From an uncultured Clostridia bacterium (lineage in GTDB: Bacteria; Bacillota; Clostridia; Oscillospirales; Ruminococcaceae), in NCBI GenBank assembly GCA_947631535.1, contig CANRLU010000001.1, positions 19,532 through 83,531 of the forward strand: 64,000 nucleotides of DNA, in the 5' to 3' direction. Position 1 is the first letter of the stretch. Every line of letters begins with the position of its first letter. Below the pieces are notes generated by a model. The model did not search any database. It was not told the DNA's origin and worked only from the letters and a program-made list of their open reading frames with translations. Made by a program: the position numbers and the translations under genes. Of this stretch, positions 19,314-26,520 are shown piece after piece.

Positions 19314-20039
19314 ATGGGCATCTTTTTAACGCTTGCGTTTTTATTCTTCATAGGCTCGGTGTTCGGGTGGCTTTTGGAGCTCGTATACCGAAATCTTAAC
19401 AACAAATCTCCCGGACTTATAAACCCCGGCTTCTGCACCGGCCCGTATGTGCCGCTCTACGGCTTCGGGCTCTGCGCGCTTTTTCTTCTGGCGCAGCTCG
19501 AAAAGCTCAACTTCCTCTCTCCGCCCTGGGATAAGCTCCTGCTGTTTGCGGCTATGGCAGCCTGTATGACCGCTATAGAATACATAGCGGGAATATTCTC
19601 GCTGAAAGTGCTTAAAGTCCGTCTGTGGGATTATTCCCGCCTGCCCGGAAACATTCAGGGGATAATCTGTCCGCAGTTTTCACTCGCCTGGGCGGCTCTG
19701 AGCGCGGTGTATTATTTTCTCATACACCCGCATATCATCGACGCCCTCGGCTGGCTCTCGCGGAACCTCGCCTTCTCGTTTGTCATCGGAATGTTCTTCG
19801 GAGTGTTTATTATTGACTTTGCACATTCCGCCGATATAGTCTCGAAACTGCATAAATTCGCCGCCGACAACGGCACCGTCCTCAGATATGAAGCCGTAAA
19901 GGCCCATATAAAAGAGCGTCAGACCGAGCTGAAAGAGCGCTACCGCTTCTTCAGGCCGTTTAAGTCGCAGACTCCGCTCATCGAGCACCTGAAAGAGATC
20001 TATGCCGAAGAAAAGGAGCGCCTCGGGCGCAGGCAGTAA
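19314..20039 (+). CDS. membrane protein, PF06541/DUF1113-like (tandem paralog)
   Basis: LFFIGSVFGWLLELVYR...NPGFCTGPYVPLYGFGLCALF carries the family signature. Starts 18 nt after the previous gene. Confidence 0.6.
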   Translation: MGIFLTLAFLFFIGSVFGWLLELVYRNLNNKSPGLINPGFCTGPYVPLYGFGLCALFLLAQLEKLNFLSPPWDKLLLFAAMAACMTAIEYIAGIFSLKVLKVRLWDYSRLPGNIQGIICPQFSLAWAALSAVYYFLIHPHIIDALGWLSRNLAFSFVIGMFFGVFIIDFAHSADIVSKLHKFAADNGTVLRYEAVKAHIKERQTELKERYRFFRPFKSQTPLIEHLKEIYAEEKERLGRRQ

Positions 20040-20047
20040 AAAACAAG

Positions 20048-20080
20048 CCCCGTATGCCGAATACATACGGGACTTTTTTA
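20048..20080. terminator. bidirectional hairpin terminator
   Basis: CCCGTATG-CCGAATA-CATACGGG, flanked by an A-run upstream and ACTTTTTTA downstream. Confidence 0.65.
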
Positions 20081-20088
20081 ATATTTTC

Positions 20089-21420
20089 TTAAAGCCGCTG
20101 CGTCACGAAGATGTCGTACACGGCTTTTATAGAGGTCTCAAAGTCTTCGTTCGTCACGCCGACGATGACGTTAAGCTCGCTCGAACCCTGGTCTATCATC
20201 TTTACGTTGACCTTTGCGTGGGCGAGCGCCGCGAAGATCCTCGCCGCAGTCCCTCGCTGCGACTTCATACCTCTGCCCACCACGGCGAGCAGCGCCACAT
20301 CGCGGTCTATTTCTATCTTGTCCGGCTGGACGGAGGTCTTCAGCTCGCTGATTATCTGGCTCTCCCTGGCTTCGAATTCGTCCTTGTGGACGATGATGCT
20401 CATAGTGTCTATCCCCGAAGGCATATGCTCGAACGACACGCCGTTGTCTTCAAAAGCTTCGAGCACCCTTCTGCCGAAGCCGAGCTCCGAGTTCATCATA
20501 TCCTTTTCTATGGTTACGGTGACGAATCCCCGCCTGCCGGCTATTCCAGTCACGACATAGGGGCTTATGTCGTCGGGGGCGCTTTCAACTATCATCGTGC
20601 CCTCGTCCTCGGGGCGGTTGGTGTTCTTGATGTTTATAGGTATGCCCGCCTGCCTCACCGGGAATATGGCGTCTTCGTGGAGCACTCCCGCGCCCATATA
20701 GGCGAGCTCGCGAAGCTCGCGGTAGGTTATCACCCTTATTGCCTCCGGATCGGGAACTATCCTCGGGTCGCAAACCAGAAATCCCGAAACGTCGGTCCAG
20801 TTTTCATAGAGGTCGGCTCCGACTGCCGCCGCGACTATCGAACCGGTTATGTCGGACCCTCCGCGCGAGAAGGTCTTAACGGTGTCGTTGGGCATCGAGC
20901 CGTAGAACCCCGGTATGACAGCGTTGCCGGTGTGCGCAAGCCTCTCGCGGACGGCGGCGCAGGTCTCTTTAAGCCTGAGCTTGCCGTCTTCCCCGAAGAA
21001 TATAACGTCTGCCGCATCGACAAAGCTGAAGCCGAGGTATTCGGCGAGTATGAGTCCGTTGAGATATTCGCCCCTCGAAGCGGCGTAGTCTCTTCCTGCG
21101 CGGGCCATAAAGCTCATTCTTATCGTGGAAAACTCGCGCATCATTCTTCCCTCTATATTAAGCCCGAGACCCTTCACGATATCTATGTATCTCGCGACTA
21201 TGGCCTCAAACATCTCCGAGAAGTCCGCTCCGCGGGCGGCCGCATCGTAGCAGGTATAGAGCATATCCGTCACCTTGGTGTCCTTCGGGGTGCGCTTTCC
21301 CGGCGCCGAGGGGACTACATAGCGCCTGCTTTCGTCGGCTTTTATTATATTCGCGACTTTTACAAACTGATTAGCGTCGGCGAGCGAGCTCCCGCCGAAC
21401 TTCACAACCTTTGTATGCAC
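20089..21420 (-). CDS. lysC: aspartate kinase
   Basis: VVKFGGSSLADANQF..., SRGGSDITGS and C-terminal ACT-like repeats (ALLAVVGRGM ... AHAKVNVKMIDQGSSELNV). GTG start at 21420 with an AAAGGAG RBS. Confidence 0.85.
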   Translation of the reverse strand: MHTKVVKFGGSSLADANQFVKVANIIKADESRRYVVPSAPGKRTPKDTKVTDMLYTCYDAAARGADFSEMFEAIVARYIDIVKGLGLNIEGRMMREFSTIRMSFMARAGRDYAASRGEYLNGLILAEYLGFSFVDAADVIFFGEDGKLRLKETCAAVRERLAHTGNAVIPGFYGSMPNDTVKTFSRGGSDITGSIVAAAVGADLYENWTDVSGFLVCDPRIVPDPEAIRVITYRELRELAYMGAGVLHEDAIFPVRQAGIPINIKNTNRPEDEGTMIVESAPDDISPYVVTGIAGRRGFVTVTIEKDMMNSELGFGRRVLEAFEDNGVSFEHMPSGIDTMSIIVHKDEFEARESQIISELKTSVQPDKIEIDRDVALLAVVGRGMKSQRGTAARIFAALAHAKVNVKMIDQGSSELNVIVGVTNEDFETSIKAVYDIFVTQRL

Positions 21421-21450
21421 TGCAAAATCTCCTTTGATGAGTCTTAGTAC

Positions 21451-21479
21451 ATTATATTATCAAAGAGCCGCTGCGTCAA
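21451..21479 (-). promoter_or_regulatory. sigma-70-type promoter for aspartate kinase
   Basis: Minus strand TTGACG (21479-21474), 17-nt spacer, TATAAT (21456-21451). This leaves only about 25-30 nt of 5' UTR. Confidence 0.55.
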
Positions 21480-21580
21480 CCCATTATATTAACGAAATAT
21501 TTCGGCGGGCGCGGGTGTGTTCTTGTGAAAAACGCTTGTGTTTGGCGGGAGAACAGCAAGGCAAAAGCATAAGAACTCAC

Positions 21581-21966
21581 ATGCGGTGCGCATTTAGGAC
21601 TTGCGTCATTGAGCCGATAACCCGATTTTTGCCTGCGCTGTTTATTTGCCTCGCTTGGTGCTCGGCAAATGGGGAGACCCCCGACGAGGGTAATGCGGCG
21701 TCAAAAAGTGATATAAAGGTAACATGGTCACGCCGCATCTGTCGTTCGCTTCGCTCTCGACCCAACTAAGCTGCGCCTCGACTCGCAAGAGCTATGCGCA
21801 TATGTGCCGGACAGAGCCGAACCAAATTCCAGCCCTCGAAGTGACTTTCAAGGAACCAAAATACCCCTCCCCTCGAGGGGAGGGGTCGGTCGTTCACCGA
21901 ACGGTGAACGACCAGGGTGACAGGGTGGAACCCCCTCGCCCTCTCTGAGGGAGAGGGGGCAGGGGG
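21581..21966. repeat. hairpin-dense non-coding region (array of unrelated near-perfect stem-loops)
   Basis: Examples: ATTTGCC..GGCAAAT (21644-21670); ATGCGGCG..CGCCGCAT (21693-21738); 22-nt perfect palindrome CCCCTCCCCTCGAGGGGAGGGG (21864-21885); 11-bp stem GGTCGTTCACC-GAAC-GGTGAACGACC (21888-21913); nested CCCCCT..CCCTCTC..GAGAGGG..AGGGGG (21931-21966). Confidence 0.8.
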
Positions 21967-22065
21967 TATGGAAGCAAAAAGCTCGACCGAAAACTCTTGG
22001 TTTAGCCGAATTAAAACTGCCTTCCAAAGCAAAAGCGGAACAAAAATGCCCCGCCTTTTATAAAC

Positions 22066-22524
22066 TCACTTTGCGTTTTCCGCTGCCTTTACGGCGTTCT
22101 GCATCGAGTGGACTTCGTTGAGCGCCTTTTGAAGCGCCTTTTCCGACTGCCCGAGGGTGTCTTCAAGCTTTTCGGTCATCGCCTTTCTTATGCTCTGGTC
22201 CATAGCTTTGGCCTGCGCCGTGAGGTCGTTGGCGGCTTCCTGCGCCTGAATGACTATCTCGTTTTCCGAAACCAGCTTTTTGGCCCTCTCCTCCGCCTGC
22301 TTGATTATCTCTTCGGCCTGCGCATTGGCGTCGCTGATTATATCCGAGCGGTCGGCCACCATTTCTTTGGCGCGCTTTATCTCGGTCGGAAGATTATAGC
22401 GGATACTGTCGATGTATTCGCGGAGCTTCTCCGTATCGACAAGGCTCTTTTTGTTTGAAAACGGAACGGTCACCGCCTTGTCGAGCAGGTCGTCCATCAT
22501 CTCCAGGATTTCGTCAATAGTCAT
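22066..22524 (-). CDS. coiled-coil protein of unknown function (ATPase subunit b/H-like heptad-rich protein commonly found next to coaD)
   Basis: 152-aa, highly charged and Ala/Glu/Lys-rich (AQAEEIIKQAEERAKKLVSENEIVIQAQEAANDL...). Starts 30 nt after the coaD stop, so it lies immediately downstream of coaD. Confidence 0.5.
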   Translation of the reverse strand: MTIDEILEMMDDLLDKAVTVPFSNKKSLVDTEKLREYIDSIRYNLPTEIKRAKEMVADRSDIISDANAQAEEIIKQAEERAKKLVSENEIVIQAQEAANDLTAQAKAMDQSIRKAMTEKLEDTLGQSEKALQKALNEVHSMQNAVKAAENAK

Positions 22525-22554
22525 TTTGTTTACCTCAATTCTGATATTTTTATC

Positions 22555-23043
22555 TTACGGCTTCATAAGCCTTTCTTTTATTCTTCCGGCTATCTCGGGG
22601 GGAACGAAGCTTGAGATGTCTCCTCCGAAAGAAGCCACCTGCCTTACCACGCTCGAGCTTAAATACATATTCTCCGAGCTCGTCACCAAAAACACCGTTT
22701 CGGCGTCGGGATAGAGCTTTTTGTTTATCAGCGCCATCTGGAACTCATATTCAAAGTCGGTCATAGCGCGCAGACCCTTTACTATCGCGCAGGCGCCACG
22801 CTCTCTGACGTAATCCGCCAAAAGCCCGTCGAGCCGCTCGACCGAAACGTTCGGCAGATCTTTGATGACCTCGCGTATCATCTCCATGCGCTCCTCGGCG
22901 GAGAAGCAGGGAGTCTTGTCGGCGTTGACCGAAACAAGGACTATAACCCTGTCGAAGAGCTTTGAAGCCCTCGTCATTATATCGAGATGCCCGAGCGTGA
23001 CCGGGTCGAAGCTGCCGGGGCAAATTGCAAGTCTTTCTTTCAT
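22555..23043 (-). CDS. coaD: pantetheine-phosphate adenylyltransferase
   Basis: ICPGSFDPVTLGHLDIMTRA... has the (T/H)xGH nucleotidyltransferase motif, and the ORF has full-length CoaD architecture (162 aa). Confidence 0.92.
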   Translation of the reverse strand: MKERLAICPGSFDPVTLGHLDIMTRASKLFDRVIVLVSVNADKTPCFSAEERMEMIREVIKDLPNVSVERLDGLLADYVRERGACAIVKGLRAMTDFEYEFQMALINKKLYPDAETVFLVTSSENMYLSSSVVRQVASFGGDISSFVPPEIAGRIKERLMKP

Positions 23044-23586
23044 CTAATCTTCCTCGACTGTATATGTCGTCACAGCCACGGTCTTGCCGTAGCCGTATTC
23101 GCGCTTTTTGATAAGCCTGCCCACCCTTTCGGGGAGCATAAGCCCTGCCTCGTGCTCGCAGATAACTATCCCGTCCGAAGCCATTCTGCCCTCCAAAAGC
23201 GGCAGAGCTTCTTCAACGAGCCCTTTTGAATATGGCGGGTCGAGCAGAGCAATGTCAAACTCCGGGCAGTTTTTAAGATATTCGAGCGCGCCGATGTTAA
23301 GTATCCGCGAGCTCCCCGAAAATCCGCAGGAGTTTACGTTTTCGCGCACGATATTTATTGAATCCCTGCTTTTATCTATAAAAACGCAGCTTTTTGCGCC
23401 GCGGCTGAGTGCCTCCACGCCGAGCTGACCGCTCCCCGCAAAGAGATCGAGCACTCTTGCCCCCGGCAGGTCAAACTGTATCACCGAAAACATTGCTTCT
23501 TTGACCTTCTCCGAGGTCGGCCTGACGTCCTGCCCGTCGAGGGTCTTAAGGCGCTTTCCCCGCGCCGTGCCTGTTATTACTCTCAT
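23044..23586 (-). CDS. rsmD: 16S rRNA (guanine966-N2)-methyltransferase
   Basis: MRVITGTARGKRLKT...RPTSEKVKEAMFS...VLDLFAGSGQLGVEALSRGA...LLDPPY. Abuts coaD with no gap. Confidence 0.88.
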   Translation of the reverse strand: MRVITGTARGKRLKTLDGQDVRPTSEKVKEAMFSVIQFDLPGARVLDLFAGSGQLGVEALSRGAKSCVFIDKSRDSINIVRENVNSCGFSGSSRILNIGALEYLKNCPEFDIALLDPPYSKGLVEEALPLLEGRMASDGIVICEHEAGLMLPERVGRLIKKREYGYGKTVAVTTYTVEED

Positions 23587-23636
23587 AACGCTTCTCCGAA
23601 TCCTGAAATATGATTATTATCCGAAATCCGACAACT

Positions 23637-23679
23637 ATTATACTTGATTTTTTCGCGGTTGTCTATACCCGTAGGAAAA
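23637..23679 (-). repeat. 43-nt direct repeat copy 1, the rsmD-coaD promoter
   Basis: ATTATACTTGATTTTTTCGCGGTTGTCTATACCCGTAGGAAAA. On the minus strand it reads TAGACA, 17 nt, TATAAT (-10 at 23642-23637, -35 at 23665-23660). It matches 24775-24817 at 42 of 43 positions. Confidence 0.85.
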
Positions 23680-23714
23680 ATTAAGACAATTTGTCATTAA
23701 AAGGACCCTAAAAG

Positions 23715-23735
23715 CCGTCTATGACGTCATAACGG
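23715..23735 (-). terminator. hairpin at the 3' end of the two-gene cassette
   Basis: CCGTCTATGACGTCATAACGG contains the 12-nt palindrome TATGACGTCATA. On the minus strand it is followed by CTTTTAGGGTCCTTTT. Confidence 0.4.
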
Positions 23736-23798
23736 GGCCGTAAAACGAGCTGCACGAATGAGAGCTCAACCTGCCGTTAAGCTAAAATGCCGCACATC

Positions 23799-24251
23799 TC
23801 AGAAATCTTTCCAACGGTGGACTTCGCATTTGGCATACTTCGGATCCGTCTTTTTGATTTTGCGGCATCGGATCGCTTGGACAAAGGCAAAACCCTCTGC
23901 AAAAAAGCTGAAAGCAAGGGTCACGGTCAGCCAGAATACAAGGTATATATTTGCAGCTTCTTTCACTGTAGTGAAAAATCCAGAAGATAAAACGACAGGA
24001 GTGCCCAAAACCAGTATTATTTGCAAATAGTGAAGTACGCTGTATGCCCAATGGATATTGTCGTAATCGCTCAATCCCGTATGCTTCCGTATAAATTTTA
24101 CCGCTCTGCTCTGTTTGACGTATTCTTTAGGGTGTGCATTTCTTAAAGGATGATAAAACTCTGCCAAAGCTCTTTCTATACGTTTTATGCTCACGTTGAT
24201 AATGAAGCTCCAAAATACCGTGTTGAAAATGCAGCAGACGATCCATAACAT
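23799..24251 (-). CDS. small membrane protein of unknown function (about 3-4 TM), low-GC cassette gene 2
   Basis: 150-aa ORF with hydrophobic segments (LWIVCCIFNTVFWSFII; LQIILVLGTPVVLSSGFF; IYLVFWLTVTLAFSFFAEGFAFV). AT-rich codon usage, unlike the neighbours. Confidence 0.55.
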   Translation of the reverse strand: MLWIVCCIFNTVFWSFIINVSIKRIERALAEFYHPLRNAHPKEYVKQSRAVKFIRKHTGLSDYDNIHWAYSVLHYLQIILVLGTPVVLSSGFFTTVKEAANIYLVFWLTVTLAFSFFAEGFAFVQAIRCRKIKKTDPKYAKCEVHRWKDF

Positions 24252-24283
24252 ATCTCGTCAAATCTCCTAAGAATTATTTCGGG

Positions 24284-24703
24284 TCAGATCTTCGGATATT
24301 TCATTAAAATCTCAGCGATTTCCTTCTCTTTTCGGCTGCTGTAGTTATCGCCGAATCTTTTAAACAGTTCGATCTCCTTGTTAAAATACAGCCGGCGAAA
24401 ATCGGTGCTTTTATCTCTGTTCAAACGCTCGCTGCGCTCATATTCGATAGAGATGCAGGAAATTACAAAGCTTAGTATCTCGTAGAAGAAATCGTCATAG
24501 TTATTAAACTCTTTTACCGTGACGCCGCCTCTTTCATCGTAACACTCAACGATATAAGCGTGATCGCCGCAAACGGATGCACTTAAAGTGTCGTGAATAC
24601 ACGAATCCGCTTCCGGAGACTTAATATCAAAATCCGCCTCGGGCAGTTTCTGAAGTATAAGTTCGATAATTTCTTTGGATCTTTTATCCGCATAAATAAC
24701 CAT
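24284..24703 (-). CDS. small cytosolic protein of unknown function, low-GC cassette gene 1
   Basis: 139-aa ORF (MVIYADKRSKEIIELILQKLPEADFD...AYIVECYDERGGVTVKEFNNYDDFFYEIL...). No signal peptide or TM. AT-rich relative to the flanks. Confidence 0.55.
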   Translation of the reverse strand: MVIYADKRSKEIIELILQKLPEADFDIKSPEADSCIHDTLSASVCGDHAYIVECYDERGGVTVKEFNNYDDFFYEILSFVISCISIEYERSERLNRDKSTDFRRLYFNKEIELFKRFGDNYSSRKEKEIAEILMKYPKI

Positions 24704-24774
24704 ATCAGCTGACCTCCGTAAAAATATTCTGACCTGTTTGATTACAAAGTCATCACATATAGATGATTAACACC

Positions 24775-24817
24775 ATTATACTTGATTTTTTCGCGGTTGT
24801 CTATACCCGAAGGAAAA
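24775..24817 (-). repeat. 43-nt direct repeat copy 2, a duplicated promoter in front of the cassette
   Basis: ATTATACTTGATTTTTTCGCGGTTGTCTATACCCGAAGGAAAA. Same TAGACA-17-TATAAT on the minus strand, about 70 nt upstream of the 139-aa ORF start. Confidence 0.85.
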
Positions 24818-24853
24818 TTTATGAGAAAAACGCCGATTTTTTCGTCCCGAAGC

Positions 24854-26278
24854 TCATTCGAGTGCCGAAGGCTCTATGCCTGCTTCGCGCGCGGCTCTCT
24901 TTTTGGCGATGGCAAAGAATATCAGGAAGCAGATTATATGCACGGCCGTCGCCATAATCCAAGATATCGGGTAGGATATGTAAAGCGTCGTTAAGCAGTC
25001 GCTCACGCTGGCGCCCGTCGCCTTATATGACGCGAAATAGGTGAATATCCATAAAATCCTGAAGCCGCAGACGCAGAGTATAGAGTCTATCGTCGGGATA
25101 AGAGAGCGCCCTATTCCGCGCAGCATGCCCACCATAACGTCCATAGTGCCGCAGGTGAAATATGTAAGACAGATAACGTTCATTCTCACTATGCCGTAGG
25201 CTATTTCGCTCTCGCTGTCGGTATAGATCGAAAGAAGCTGCGTTGCAAAGAGCTTTGCGAGCACTCCGAGCCCGAATCCCACCGTGATCACTATGCCGAG
25301 ACATTCGTAAGCCGTGGTTTTTATCCTCTTGAACTTCTTAGCGCCGTAGTTCTGTCCGGCAAAGGTAATGGCGGCCTGATATACCGAGTTCATGGCAGTG
25401 TAGATAAATCCCTCTATGCTCGCGGCGGCGCCGTTTCCGCCCATTACCGCCGAGCCGAAAGCGTTTACCGACGACTGGATTATAACGTTGGATATCGAGA
25501 ACACCGAGCCCTGTATCCCCGCCGGCAGACCTACGCCGATTATCTTCACGAGCTTTGACCAGTGTATTTTTATCTTTCTGATATAAAGCTTAACGGGGCC
25601 GTCGGTGCGCATAAGGCATATAGTTACGAGTATCGCCGAGACCGCCTGCGAGATTATCGTTGCAAGAGCTACGCCGGCAACATCCATGCCGAAGCTGATG
25701 ACGAAAACGAGGTTGAGTATAACGTTTATTATCCCCGAGAACATCAAAAAGTAGAGCGGGCGCTTAGTATCGCCGACGGCTCTAAGAATCGCCGCGCCGA
25801 AATTATAGAGCATATTGAAGGGCGTGCCGATGAAGAATATCTTTACATAGAGCGCCGAGAGATCTATAACGTCGTCGGGGGAATCCATAAGCTCGAGCAT
25901 CCCGCGGGAGGCAAAGAAGCCGAAGATACCGACGATTACTCCGCTCAAAAGCGCTATCGCGACCGACGTGTGAACGGCGTCGCTGACGTCTTTCATCTTT
26001 CCGGCGCCGAAGCTTTGCGAAACGAGCACGCTCGCGCCTATCGAAAGCCCCATAAATACGTTGACGATTAGGTTGATGAGCGCTCCGGTAGAGCTTACGG
26101 CGGCGAGCGAGGTATCGCTTCCGAACTTGCCGACGACTATGATATCGGCGGCATTGTAGAGGAGCTGAAGCGTGCCGGTGAGTATCAGAGGGATCGTAAA
26201 ACGGATAATATTCGGGAATATTGGGCCCGAGGTCATATCCATTGTTCGGGAAGAATGACCCGTAAGTGAGATTTTCAA
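24854..26278 (-). CDS. MATE family efflux transporter
   Basis: 12-TM protein with typical MATE N-terminus (IFPNIIRFTIPLILTGTLQLLYNAADIIVVGKF). TTG start at 26278 has a GAAGG RBS. ATG 26242 is an alternative start. Confidence 0.85.
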   Translation of the reverse strand: MKISLTGHSSRTMDMTSGPIFPNIIRFTIPLILTGTLQLLYNAADIIVVGKFGSDTSLAAVSSTGALINLIVNVFMGLSIGASVLVSQSFGAGKMKDVSDAVHTSVAIALLSGVIVGIFGFFASRGMLELMDSPDDVIDLSALYVKIFFIGTPFNMLYNFGAAILRAVGDTKRPLYFLMFSGIINVILNLVFVISFGMDVAGVALATIISQAVSAILVTICLMRTDGPVKLYIRKIKIHWSKLVKIIGVGLPAGIQGSVFSISNVIIQSSVNAFGSAVMGGNGAAASIEGFIYTAMNSVYQAAITFAGQNYGAKKFKRIKTTAYECLGIVITVGFGLGVLAKLFATQLLSIYTDSESEIAYGIVRMNVICLTYFTCGTMDVMVGMLRGIGRSLIPTIDSILCVCGFRILWIFTYFASYKATGASVSDCLTTLYISYPISWIMATAVHIICFLIFFAIAKKRAAREAGIEPSALE

Positions 26279-26452
26279 GGAATCAGCCTTCTTTTAAATA
26301 TAAATATCAAGTGTATATTACTCTTTTGCGCTCCGGTTTTCAATAGATTTTTCGACATTCTCCGAAACTGTCAAACGGACGGGCAATATGGTGCAAATTT
26401 TTGTTCTTTAATTAAATCCGGCGACGCTTTTTCGGGTATGTGAAATTTGCTC

Positions 26453-26481
26453 TTGAAATAATCGGCGCGGCGCGTTATAAT
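26453..26481 (+). promoter_or_regulatory. sigma-70-type promoter for the pullulanase gene
   Basis: TTGAAA (26453-26458), 17-nt spacer, TATAAT (26476-26481). It lies inside the longer track ORF, which supports the downstream start. Confidence 0.5.
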
Positions 26482-26520
26482 ACTTATCGTGAAATTCTCC
26501 CGAAAAGGACAGTGCATATT

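Noticed and set aside
20002-21447. 481-aa ORF on the plus strand, antisense to aspartate kinase
   Set aside because: It lies entirely within the shadow of a well-supported gene. Its composition is Arg/Gly/Val/His-rich and low-complexity, it has no RBS, and I recognise no motifs. Long antisense ORFs are expected in GC-rich genes that avoid the TTA, CTA and TCA codons.
21421-21760. Possible lysine riboswitch (L-box) or T-box leader upstream of aspartate kinase
   Set aside because: A consensus-like promoter sits only about 30 nt upstream of the GTG start, leaving no room for a riboswitch. I could find no L-box or T-box core sequence on the minus strand.
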